Assembly: GCA_035528115.1 (NCBI GenBank)
Contig: DATKZF010000003.1
Span: 551,089 to 615,088 of the forward strand
DNA: 64,000 bases
Direction: 5' to 3'
From: Candidatus Bipolaricaulota bacterium
GTDB taxonomy: Bacteria > Patescibacteriota > Patescibacteriia > UBA11705 > DATKZF01
The notes beneath the pieces were generated by a model. That model made no database searches, was not told the origin of the DNA, and worked only from the letters and a program-made list of their open reading frames with translations. This document shows, piece by piece, positions 46,317 through 55,180 of the stretch (its first letter is position 1; each line of letters opens with the position of its first letter). The translations under genes were made by a program, and so were the position numbers.

Positions 46317-47351
46317 ATGACACCAAACAATATTGATGAAGAAATTCACGTCATGCCCAAATCATCGGGGATTCACACCGTCAGTCCCTCCAGTCCGGCG
46401 GCCATGCCGCCGCGAGCGACCGCTCCGGTCTCATCCATGGACAAACCGACGTTGGAAGAGCCCAAAGGGTCAAAGGGTTGGACCAAGGCCGTATTGGCTA
46501 TTTTATTGGTGGCTCTGCTGGCCGCGTCCGGATATTTTCTTTATAGCGCTTATATGCCTAAAGAAGAAAATACCGCGACCAATACGCAAAATGAACAAGC
46601 GACGGAGCAACCAACCGCTGTTTTTCCCGCGACATCCGAGATTATTGAACCGGCAACCACTCCGGCCACGAAAGAGAGCGTAATTTCTCCGGCTACGAGC
46701 GAAGCGCTGCCGGAAATAATGATCGGCTCGAGGAATGATTTTGATTATGGAGCGACCGGCGACTTGAAGCTTGATATGGCTTATTCCCAAGACAGCGATG
46801 GCGACAAACTGACCGATCAAGAGGAAAAATTGTTCGGCACGGGGGTGCAGAACATTGATTCGGATTCGGACGGTTATTCCGATGGCGATGAAGTGGCTAA
46901 TTTATACAGTCCAAAGGACGCTGACGGGAAATTGCTCAAAGACACCAATTCGGTCAAAACGTACGTTAATGATAATTACGATTACACCGTTTTATATCCG
47001 GCGTCTTGGTTCGCCAAAGGCACTGACAAATCCGACTTGGAAGTTGTTTTTTCTTCCGATAACGGCGAGTTCGTGTCCGTTTGGGTTGAAGAAAACATCG
47101 GTCGATTGTCTCTTTCCGATTGGTACAAAAAACAAGCGCCCGAAGCGAATCTTGATGATTTGACCGAATTCGGTAATAAAAACGGGTTGTCCGGTTTGAT
47201 GAGCCCTGACGGTTTCACCGCGTATTTCGTCAAAGACGGATTCGTTTATATCGTTCATTACAATATCGGTTTGAAAGATCGGGCGGATTATCCGAACGTG
47301 TTCAAATTGATGATCGAAAGTTTTAATTTTATAGTTAGCGAAAGAGGATGA
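46317..47351 (+). CDS. Paralogous membrane-anchored TSP3-repeat protein with an extra C-terminal domain
   Basis: TM helix, then DSDGDKLTDQEE and DSDSDGYSDGDE repeats. Confidence 0.5.
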   Translation: MTPNNIDEEIHVMPKSSGIHTVSPSSPAAMPPRATAPVSSMDKPTLEEPKGSKGWTKAVLAILLVALLAASGYFLYSAYMPKEENTATNTQNEQATEQPTAVFPATSEIIEPATTPATKESVISPATSEALPEIMIGSRNDFDYGATGDLKLDMAYSQDSDGDKLTDQEEKLFGTGVQNIDSDSDGYSDGDEVANLYSPKDADGKLLKDTNSVKTYVNDNYDYTVLYPASWFAKGTDKSDLEVVFSSDNGEFVSVWVEENIGRLSLSDWYKKQAPEANLDDLTEFGNKNGLSGLMSPDGFTAYFVKDGFVYIVHYNIGLKDRADYPNVFKLMIESFNFIVSERG

Positions 47352-47755
47352 TAAATATCGAAATCAATAATCAGACGGCTTATCCGGCACGGAAAAGCGA
47401 GCTATTGAAAGTGGCGAAAATGGTTTCGTCGGTTTTGAAAATCAAATCGAAAAAGGAGGCGTCCGTGGCCTTGGTTGATGAGCAGACCATTAAAATGATG
47501 AATAAAGCTTATCGTAAAAAAGATAAAGTGACTGACGTGCTGTCTTTTGCCGGCGAAGACGCCTCGATCGGGGAAGTGTTGATTTGCTTGCCTAGAGCAA
47601 AGGCTCAGGCCAAGGATTTCGGTCATTCCTTGAAAAAGGAAATACAATTTTTGTTGACGCACGGGTTGTTGCATCTTCTGGGTTATGACCACATAAAAAA
47701 GAACGATCGTTTTAAAATGGAAGCATTGCAGGAAAAAATAATGGCCAAATTATGA
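47348..47755 (+). CDS. ybeY: Endoribonuclease YbeY (rRNA maturation factor)
   Basis: HGLLHLLGYDH zinc-binding motif. Confidence 0.8.
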   Translation: MINIEINNQTAYPARKSELLKVAKMVSSVLKIKSKKEASVALVDEQTIKMMNKAYRKKDKVTDVLSFAGEDASIGEVLICLPRAKAQAKDFGHSLKKEIQFLLTHGLLHLLGYDHIKKNDRFKMEALQEKIMAKL

Positions 47756-48129
47756 TTTTCAAATTTAAAAGATTAAAAAGGAGTTTTTCATACGCCTGGC
47801 GAGGCCTTTCGACCGTTATTTTGAAAGAACAAAATTTCAGAATACATTTCGTGATCGCTTTGATCGTCATTATTTTGGGTTTGTCGTTTCAGATCAGGCC
47901 GTGGGAATGGGTAGCTCTTTTATTGGTGATATTTTTTGTGTTGTTATTGGAAATCGTCAATACGGTTTTCGAGCGGGTGGTGGATATGCTTAAGCCGAGA
48001 GTGAGCAATTTGGCCATGGAAGCCAAAGATGTCATGTCCGCGGCCGTTTTGGTGGCCGCCATTTTCTCGATCATTATAGGTTTATTGATTTTTGTTCCGT
48101 ATCTGCGGGAGTTTTTGAGCCGGCTTTAA
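47752..48129 (+). CDS. dgkA: Diacylglycerol kinase / undecaprenol kinase family
   Basis: Three TM helices and the EIVNTVFERVVD motif. Confidence 0.7.
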   Translation: MIFKFKRLKRSFSYAWRGLSTVILKEQNFRIHFVIALIVIILGLSFQIRPWEWVALLLVIFFVLLLEIVNTVFERVVDMLKPRVSNLAMEAKDVMSAAVLVAAIFSIIIGLLIFVPYLREFLSRL

Positions 48130-48230
48130 TTTGGAATTTGAGAATTTTTATATTATAATGGAACAAGCGATCGGGAGGGAAATTTAATCCCTTCTTTGAA
48201 TATTCGCTTGTTTTGCAAAAACAAAAATTT

Positions 48231-49478
48231 ATGGCAGATAATTTAATCACCGGAATCGATATTGGCACCGCGACCATCAGAATCGTGGTGGCGCAGCTGG
48301 CCAGAGGAGCGAACGAAGAGCAGCTGAATATCATCGGCGTTATTGAGGTGCCGGCGCAAGGCGTCAGCAAAGGCTCGATCATCAGTATTGAAGACTCGGT
48401 TTCCAGTATTTCAAACGCTTTGGAAAATGCCGAGCGCATGATCGGCTTGCCGATTGATAATGCTTGGATCGGCATTTCCGGCACGCATATCACGTCCCAG
48501 GAATCGAGCGGAGTTATCGCCATTTCCAGAACCAGCGGTGAAATACAAGATGATGATGTGGATCGAGTGATTGAAGCCGCTCGTTCGGTGGCCGCTCCGG
48601 TGAATTATGAGGTTTTGCACGTAATTCCCAAAGCGTTTACGATCGATAATCAATCGGGGGTAAAAGACCCGGTCGGCATGTCCGGCATCAGGCTCGAAGT
48701 GACGACACAGGTCATCAGAGGACTGTCTTCTCATATCAAAAATCTGACCAAAAGCATTTATCGCACCGGCCTTGATATCAATGACATAATTTTGGCTTCC
48801 TTGGCGGCTTCCGAGTCGGTGTTGTCCGTCCGGCAAAAGGAATTGGGAGTGGCTTTGGTTGATATAGGCGCGGCCACCACCAACATTATCGTTTTTGAAG
48901 AAGGCGATGTCTTGCATACCTGCGTTATTCCGATCGGTTCGGACCATATCACGTCCGATATTGCCATCGGCTTGCAGACATCGATCGATATCGCGGAAAA
49001 AGTGAAACTGGAATTCGGCAGCGCTTTGCCCAAAAATTTTGAAAAAAAGGACATTGTTAATCTGCAAGACGTGGGCGGAGACAATCAGGAATTTTCCAGA
49101 AAATATATTTCCGAGATAATCGAGGCGCGCGCCGAGGAAATGTTTGAAAAAATCGACATTGAGTTGCAAAAAATAAACAGGAGTGGTTTACTACCAGCAG
49201 GTATAGTTTTGGTCGGCGGCGGCGCGAAATTGTCGGGTTTGGTGGAAGTGGGCAAGAAAAAAACCATGTTGCCCGTCTCAATCGGCAAATTGCAGACGTT
49301 CACCACAGCTGTGGACAACGTCTCCGACGTTTCCTTCGCCACGGCGCTCGGGTTGGTCTTATGGGGCTATCAGATGAATCAGGAAAGCGGCAAGAAAATG
49401 GGATTTTCCAATAAATTTGAGACAATAAAGGCGTCAGCAGGCCGAATAAAAAATTGGTTCAAGTCACTAATATCATAA
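48231..49478 (+). CDS. ftsA: Cell division protein FtsA
   Basis: Actin-like ATPase (GIDIGTATIRIVVA) positioned upstream of ftsZ. The ORF could start at 48213. Confidence 0.85.
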   Translation: MADNLITGIDIGTATIRIVVAQLARGANEEQLNIIGVIEVPAQGVSKGSIISIEDSVSSISNALENAERMIGLPIDNAWIGISGTHITSQESSGVIAISRTSGEIQDDDVDRVIEAARSVAAPVNYEVLHVIPKAFTIDNQSGVKDPVGMSGIRLEVTTQVIRGLSSHIKNLTKSIYRTGLDINDIILASLAASESVLSVRQKELGVALVDIGAATTNIIVFEEGDVLHTCVIPIGSDHITSDIAIGLQTSIDIAEKVKLEFGSALPKNFEKKDIVNLQDVGGDNQEFSRKYISEIIEARAEEMFEKIDIELQKINRSGLLPAGIVLVGGGAKLSGLVEVGKKKTMLPVSIGKLQTFTTAVDNVSDVSFATALGLVLWGYQMNQESGKKMGFSNKFETIKASAGRIKNWFKSLIS

Positions 49479-49482
49479 ATCT

Positions 49483-50670
49483 ATGGGAGAAGTTAAACCT
49501 GAAATTGAAACTTTTGCCAAAATAAAGGTTTTTGGCATAGGAGGAGGGGGAGGATCCGCGTTAAACAGAATGATACAGCAAAAAATCAAAGGAGTTGAAT
49601 TTATTGCCATTAACACGGATTTGCAAGCTTTGCAGCATTCATTGGCGGAAAAGAAAATCCATATCGGTCGCACCACGACCAGAGGTCTTGGCGCGGGCAT
49701 GAATCCCGATATCGGCCGTAAAGCCGCTGAAGAATCCCAGAACGAATTGAGAGAATTGCTTAAAGGCGCGGACATGATTTTTATCACTTATGGTTTGGGC
49801 GGAGGCACGGGCACGGGCGCCGGACCGATTATCGCCGAATTGGCGAAAGAACAAGGCGCGCTGACCATTGCCGTGGTTACCAAACCTTTTTCTTTTGAAG
49901 GATCTCCAAGAAGAAAAATAGCCGATGAAGGCTTGGCCAATTTGAGCGGCCAGGTGGATACTTTGATCACCATACCCAATGACCGTATTTGGCAAATTAT
50001 CGATAAAAAAACGCCTTTGCTCGAAGCATTCGGCGTGGTGGACGAGGTCTTGCGCCAAGGCGTGCAGGGCATTGCCGAATTAATCACTTTGCCCGGTCTG
50101 ATCAACGTGGATTTCGCGGACGTGAAAACTATCATGCGAGACACGGGATCGGCTTTGATGGGCGTCGGCCAAGCAACGGGCGAAAATCGCGCCATTGAGG
50201 CGGCCAAGGCGGCCATTTCCAGTCCTTTGCTGGAATTGAGCATTGATGGCGCCAAAGGCATCTTGTTCAACATTGTCGGGGGCAATGACATTACCATGTA
50301 TGAAATCAGCGAGGCCGCCAAAGTCATTACCGAAAGCGTGGATCCTGAAGCCAAGATCATTTTCGGGGCGGTGGTGGATGAAGAATTGAAAGATGAAATA
50401 AAAATAACGGTGGTGGCCACGGGTTTTGATCCGGACGCGGCTTTTCAATCGAAAAACAGGATAACTCACAGCGTCACGCCGGTCACCAAAAATTATTTTC
50501 AGCCGGAAACAAGAAGGGATGATTCGAAAATTATCGAACAGGAGACATATCAGGCCGCTGATGAAGATATCTTTCAACCGAAGAGCAAGGAGCAGTTCCG
50601 GGCTCAAGAGAGCGACAGCGATGATGAGGACCTGGAAATTCCGGCGTTTATTCGAAGGAAAATGATGTAA
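49483..50670 (+). CDS. ftsZ: Cell division GTPase FtsZ
   Basis: Tubulin signature GGGTGTG and NTDLQAL. Confidence 0.9.
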   Translation: MGEVKPEIETFAKIKVFGIGGGGGSALNRMIQQKIKGVEFIAINTDLQALQHSLAEKKIHIGRTTTRGLGAGMNPDIGRKAAEESQNELRELLKGADMIFITYGLGGGTGTGAGPIIAELAKEQGALTIAVVTKPFSFEGSPRRKIADEGLANLSGQVDTLITIPNDRIWQIIDKKTPLLEAFGVVDEVLRQGVQGIAELITLPGLINVDFADVKTIMRDTGSALMGVGQATGENRAIEAAKAAISSPLLELSIDGAKGILFNIVGGNDITMYEISEAAKVITESVDPEAKIIFGAVVDEELKDEIKITVVATGFDPDAAFQSKNRITHSVTPVTKNYFQPETRRDDSKIIEQETYQAADEDIFQPKSKEQFRAQESDSDDEDLEIPAFIRRKMM

Positions 50671-50693
50671 TTCATGCTTATAAAATATTATTG

Positions 50694-50745
50694 AAAAAAA
50701 GCGGAGAGCTCGCCGGCAGGCAGGACTCTCCGTTTTTTTTTCGGT
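50694..50745 (+). terminator. Intrinsic terminator after ftsZ (member of the gcggagag-hairpin family)
   Basis: aaaaaaagcggagagctcgccggcaggcaggactctccgttttttttt. Confidence 0.6.
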
Positions 50746-50834
50746 ATGAAGAGATGAATTTATCCACAGCGGATCGAATCGGTTTTATGACGCTTGATTT
50801 TCCCAGGTTTTAGCCCAGTATTTTGTTTTGAGGA

Positions 50835-50863
50835 GATCTTGAAATCATGCTATAATTAAATCA
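50835..50863 (+). promoter_or_regulatory. Candidate promoter for nrdD (TTGAGG-17-TATAAT with a TG-extended -10)
   Basis: ttgagg agatcttgaaatcatgc tataat. Confidence 0.3.
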
Positions 50864-51021
50864 AGGAAAGAAATTTCTAAAGCGAGGCAAAGGCCTTAAA
50901 ACAAAAGTTACATTTTTTTTGTGAGGAAGACTAAAAAAGTGCCGGCTCGGGCGTGGGCGCTGAATTTAAGTCTTCTTTATTTCCCCCAAAAACCTTTAAC
51001 CCTATTATTATTCCCACTATT

Positions 51022-53103
51022 ATGCCTTACGAAGACAATAAAATTCTTCAAATTCGCAAAAGAGACGATCGCATCGTGGATTTTTATCCGGAAAAAATCA
51101 CCGCGGCCATTTTTAAGGCCATGAAAGCGGTGGACGAGGGCAGTCAGGAGCTGGCCGATCGTTTGTCTGACGACGTGATGGAGAAATTGAACAAAAGGTT
51201 TCATGAACGCTCCATTCCGGCCGTGGAAGAAATTCAGGATATTGTCGAAGAGGTCATGATGTCCAACAACTTGTTCAAGACGGCCAGAGCTTACATCATT
51301 TATCGCGATCAGCATTCGAAAATGCGCGAAATAAAGTCCATGATCAATTCGGATGAATTGATGGAAAGCTATTTGAAAAAAGTGGATTGGCGGGTCAAAG
51401 AAAACAGCAACATGGATTATTCATTGCAAGGATTGAATAATTACGTGGCCTCGACCATCAGCTCGCATTATTGGTTGAATAAAATATATCCTCCTCAAAT
51501 AAGAGACGCGCACGTCAACGGCGATTTTCATATTCATGATTTGCAATTGCTTTCCGCTTATTGCGTGGGTTGGGATTTGCGGGATCTTTTAATCAGGGGC
51601 TTTGGCGGAGTTCACGGCAAGGTAGCCAGCTCTCCGGCCAAACATTTGAGCACCGCGCTGGGACAGTTGGTGAATTTCTTTTATACTTTGCAAGGTGAAT
51701 CCGCGGGCGCTCAAGCGATTTCCAGTTTTGATTTGTTTTTGGCGCCGTTTATCAGATATGACGGCTTGGATTTCAAAGGCGTCAAGCAACAGCTTCAGAA
51801 TTTCCTTTTTAACATGAATGTGCCGACCAGGGTGGGTTTTCAGACGCCATTCACCAATATCACGCTTGATTTGTTCGTGCCGGGCAACATGGCGGAGGAG
51901 CCGGTCATTATCGGCGGCAAGCCTCAGCGGGAAACATACAAAGAATTTCAAAAAGAAATGGACCTGTTCAATGAGGCGCTGGTGGAAGTGATGCTCGAAG
52001 GCGACAGCCGCGGACGAGTGTTCGCTTTCCCGATTCCGACTTACAATGTCAGCAAAAACTGGGATTGGGAGTCGACCATCATTGATCGCATCATGGAAAT
52101 CACGGCGAAATACGGCATTCCTTATTTTTCGAATTTCATCAACAGCGACATGAATCCGGAAGACGCCAGATCCATGTGTTGCCGTTTGCGTCTGGACAAT
52201 CGTGAATTGCAAAAGCGCGGCGGAGGACTTTTCGGCGCCAATCCGCTGACGGGATCGATCGGCGTGGTGACTTTGAACATGGCCAGAATCGGCCATACGG
52301 CCAAAAGCAAAGAGGCGTATTTTCAAAGAGTCGCGGAGCTGATGGATTTGGCCAAAGACAGTTTGAAAATCAAAAGAGATGTTTTGGAAAGATTCACCGA
52401 AGGCGGGCTTTACCCGTATTCCAGATATTATTTGTCCTCGGTGAAGGAGCGATTCGGTTATTTTTGGAAAAATCATTTCAATACCATCGGCCTTAACGGC
52501 GTCAACGAAGCTTGTAAAAATCTTTTGGGAGAAGATATTACCGGTCCGGAAGGCCATAAATTCGCCACGCAGATACTTGATTTCATGAGAGAGCGAATTC
52601 ATCAGTATCAATTGGGCGGTTCGGATTTGTACAATCTGGAAGCCACGCCGGCCGAGGGCACGTCGTATCGGTTCGCCAAAATCGACAAAGAAAAATATCC
52701 GAACATCATTTGCGCCAATGAAAAAGATTATTGCGAAAAAGGCGCTGAGCCTTATTACACCAATTCCACCCAGTTGCCCGTGGATTACACGGAAGACATG
52801 TTGGAAGCGTTGAAAATTCAAGATGATCTGCAGACCAGATATACGGGCGGCACGGTTTTTCACGGATTTATAGGTGAGCGAATGCCGTCGATTGAAGCCA
52901 CGAAAAATTTGGTGAAAAAAATCGCGGAGACATTTCATTTGCCGTATTTCACCATCACGCCGACATTCAGCGTCTGCCCCCAGCACGGCTATTTGTCAGG
53001 GGAACATGAGTATTGTCCGAAGTGCGATGAAGAAATGGGCTATTTGGAAAGTCCGTTGATCGATTGGAGCGGTGAAAAAAAAGCTGAAAAAACGGAAAAT
53101 TAA
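51022..53103 (+). CDS. nrdD: Anaerobic ribonucleoside-triphosphate reductase (class III) catalytic body with N-terminal ATP-cone
   Basis: ATP-cone (ILQIRKRDDRIVDFYPEKITAAIFKA), the NrdD barrel, and a C-terminal Cys/His cluster CPQHGY...CPKCDEE. The tail EEMGYLESPLIDWSGEKKAE is a degenerate glycyl-radical-like motif. Confidence 0.75.
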   Translation: MPYEDNKILQIRKRDDRIVDFYPEKITAAIFKAMKAVDEGSQELADRLSDDVMEKLNKRFHERSIPAVEEIQDIVEEVMMSNNLFKTARAYIIYRDQHSKMREIKSMINSDELMESYLKKVDWRVKENSNMDYSLQGLNNYVASTISSHYWLNKIYPPQIRDAHVNGDFHIHDLQLLSAYCVGWDLRDLLIRGFGGVHGKVASSPAKHLSTALGQLVNFFYTLQGESAGAQAISSFDLFLAPFIRYDGLDFKGVKQQLQNFLFNMNVPTRVGFQTPFTNITLDLFVPGNMAEEPVIIGGKPQRETYKEFQKEMDLFNEALVEVMLEGDSRGRVFAFPIPTYNVSKNWDWESTIIDRIMEITAKYGIPYFSNFINSDMNPEDARSMCCRLRLDNRELQKRGGGLFGANPLTGSIGVVTLNMARIGHTAKSKEAYFQRVAELMDLAKDSLKIKRDVLERFTEGGLYPYSRYYLSSVKERFGYFWKNHFNTIGLNGVNEACKNLLGEDITGPEGHKFATQILDFMRERIHQYQLGGSDLYNLEATPAEGTSYRFAKIDKEKYPNIICANEKDYCEKGAEPYYTNSTQLPVDYTEDMLEALKIQDDLQTRYTGGTVFHGFIGERMPSIEATKNLVKKIAETFHLPYFTITPTFSVCPQHGYLSGEHEYCPKCDEEMGYLESPLIDWSGEKKAEKTEN

Positions 53104-53135
53104 TAATTTAAATAAAAAATAATTAAAATAAAAAT

Positions 53136-53282
53136 ATGGCTTCACAAAAGCTCGAGAGAACGAAATGTGAAATTTATACTCGCGTGGTCGGGTATCTTAG
53201 CCCGGTGCAACGTTGGAACAAAGGTAAAAAAGCGGAGTTTGCCGATAGAAAAATGTACGACGCGACATTGTCAAAATAGCGG
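53136..53282 (+). CDS. Stand-alone NrdD-type glycyl-radical tail peptide (48 aa)
   Basis: MASQKLERTKCEIYTRVVGYLSPVQRWNKGKKAEFADRKMYDATLSK contains the canonical NrdD C-terminal RV.GY...WN.GK..E...R motif. It is a separate frame starting 32 nt after the nrdD stop and is not in the supplied ORF track (below 60 aa). Confidence 0.5.
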
Positions 53283-53361
53283 GGAGTCCCGTTACCATGA
53301 GCCTGTCAGGCTCCAATGGATTTAAGGCCGCGGCAAGCGGTCTTAAGTTTTTCATAGAGAT

Positions 53362-54066
53362 ATGATGAAAATCGGCGGCATGCAAACCTTAACCTTAATT
53401 GATTACCCCGGCGCGGTGGCGGCGACGATTTTTTTGCTGGGTTGCAATCTGCGTTGTCATTTCTGCCACAATCCCGAGCTGGTCTTGGGCGATGAGGCCG
53501 CTGAAAAACTCAATGCCAAAGAAATTTTCGATTTTTTGCAAAGCCGGCGCGAGTTTTTGGAAGGAGTCTGCATTACTGGCGGCGAGCCGACCATATGGCG
53601 GGATCTGCCGGATTTTATCGATAAAATAAAAGAAATGGGTTTTAAGGTGAAACTCGACACCAATGGCACGAATTACAAAATGCTCGGCGATTTGATCAAT
53701 CAAAAGAAAATCGATTACGTGGCCATGGATATCAAGGCGCCGTGGGACAAATACGAACAGGTCGTCGGGCGCAAAGTAAACATTGTTCAAATTAAAAAAA
53801 GCGCGCATTTATTGTTATCCGGCAGTGTGGATTATGAGTTTCGCAGTACGGTTTTGCCGGTCTTGCACAAGAAAGAAGACTTGATCGCCATGGCTCGGCA
53901 GATCAAAGGAGCCAAGCGTTACTATTTACAACAATTCAAACCATTTGCTAAAATGGTAGATAAGGAATACAAAAACGCGGTGTCATACAAAAGCGTTGAT
54001 TTGCAAAAAATAAAAAATCAAATAAAACAGTGGTTTGAAGTTTGTCAGATCAGAGAAAATTTATAA
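53362..54066 (+). CDS. nrdG: Anaerobic ribonucleotide reductase activating protein (radical SAM)
   Basis: CNLRCHFCHN radical-SAM cluster motif and GGEPT. Confidence 0.8.
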   Translation: MMKIGGMQTLTLIDYPGAVAATIFLLGCNLRCHFCHNPELVLGDEAAEKLNAKEIFDFLQSRREFLEGVCITGGEPTIWRDLPDFIDKIKEMGFKVKLDTNGTNYKMLGDLINQKKIDYVAMDIKAPWDKYEQVVGRKVNIVQIKKSAHLLLSGSVDYEFRSTVLPVLHKKEDLIAMARQIKGAKRYYLQQFKPFAKMVDKEYKNAVSYKSVDLQKIKNQIKQWFEVCQIRENL

Positions 54067-54088
54067 CATACGGCGTAAAATAAAATTT

Positions 54089-54370
54089 ATGGAGGGTAAA
54101 AACAATAAAAATTTGGAGCAAGAAATGCTGCAGATAAAGTCCATGGTTAAGCAAAATACGGAGTATACCAGAAAAGCGTTGGAATTGGCGGAAAAGACGC
54201 AGAAGTATGTTTTGTGGATTAAAATTATAAATTTAATAAAACTTTTGATCATTCTTCTTCCGATTATTTTGGCTTTGATTTATCTGCCGTCGTTTTTGAG
54301 AGAGTTTTTCGAACAATACAAAGAGTTGTTCGGGGCCGGCGGAATTTTTTACGACAAGCTGATTCGATAA
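54089..54370 (+). CDS. Hypothetical small membrane protein
   Basis: ORF with one TM helix (IINLIKLLIILLPIILALIYL). Confidence 0.3.
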   Translation: MEGKNNKNLEQEMLQIKSMVKQNTEYTRKALELAEKTQKYVLWIKIINLIKLLIILLPIILALIYLPSFLREFFEQYKELFGAGGIFYDKLIR

Positions 54371-54399
54371 GAAAAAGACCGCCGACATGTTTGGCGGTT

Positions 54400-54720
54400 T
54401 TTGAATATTACGAATCTCTACTTCCGATAGGACAAGCTAGGTTTAGGTTTATCTGTTTTGGTTACGAATTACTAAAGCTGTTTAGCTTGCCTTGGCCTGG
54501 AAATTACGAATCTCTACTTCCGATAGGACAAGCTATGTTTAGGTTTAACTGTTTTAGTTACGAATTACTAAAGCTGTTTAGCTTGCCTTGGCCTAGAAAA
54601 TCGCGAATATCTATTTAAATTAGGACAAGCTAGGTTTAGGCCTTGTTTGTTTTGTTACAAATACAGAATTCCAAATAGCTTAGCTTGGCGATGAAAGCTA
54701 CGAATAATCTTTTTATTAAG
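54400..54720 (+). repeat. AT-rich tandem repeat array (~120-bp units, reverse orientation of the 60640-61070 array)
   Basis: The unit attacgaatctctacttccgataggacaagctaggtttaggtttatctgttttggttacgaattactaaagctgtttagcttgccttggcc is repeated. ggacaagctaggtttaggccttgtttgttttgttacaaata is the reverse complement of the units at 60700. Confidence 0.7.
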
Positions 54721-54851
54721 GAAAAAATTACGATGAGCGGAGAGACAAGCTCTCCGCTGGATAAAAAAATAGGCAATCTTTCTACAAACCCAGCAGAGAG
54801 CTTGTCTCTCTGCTCATCAATATTTATGGCCAAGATTTTTCAGCGCTTGTT

Positions 54852-55142
54852 TTGGCAATGATCAAAAAAATCCCGGTCGGCCGCGAGACCACTTACAAAA
54901 TTTTGGCCAAAGCCTGCGGCCGGTCCAAAGCGTGCCGAGCGGTCAGCCGGATTTTAAACGCCAACAATTATTCTTTTCTATCCCGCGTTTCCAAAAAGGA
55001 CATAATTCCTTGTCACCGAGTGATTTGTTCAAACGGGCGTTTGGGCGGACCTGCCTGCCGGCAGGTTCTCGAAAGGAATCAAAAACAAGATTGTATTATT
55101 AAAAGCGGCTGGCGTATTGGCCACCTACAACCTACCAGCTAA
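54852..55142 (+). CDS. ogt: Methylated-DNA-protein-cysteine methyltransferase (Ogt/MGMT) DNA-binding and active-site domain only
   Basis: IPCHRVI active-site motif and RAVS.ILNAN helix-turn-helix. It lacks the N-terminal domain. Confidence 0.6.
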   Translation: MAMIKKIPVGRETTYKILAKACGRSKACRAVSRILNANNYSFLSRVSKKDIIPCHRVICSNGRLGGPACRQVLERNQKQDCIIKSGWRIGHLQPTS

Positions 55143-55180
55143 TAAGCCACAAGCTGCTATTAACAATTAAATTTGAATTT

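Noticed and set aside
53101-53140. Programmed frameshift or read-through joining nrdD to the glycyl-radical ORF
   Set aside because: The in-frame continuation after the nrdD stop hits a second stop within three codons. The 32-nt spacer has no slippery heptamer. A separate ORF, or a sequencing indel, is more parsimonious, and this cannot be resolved from the sequence alone.
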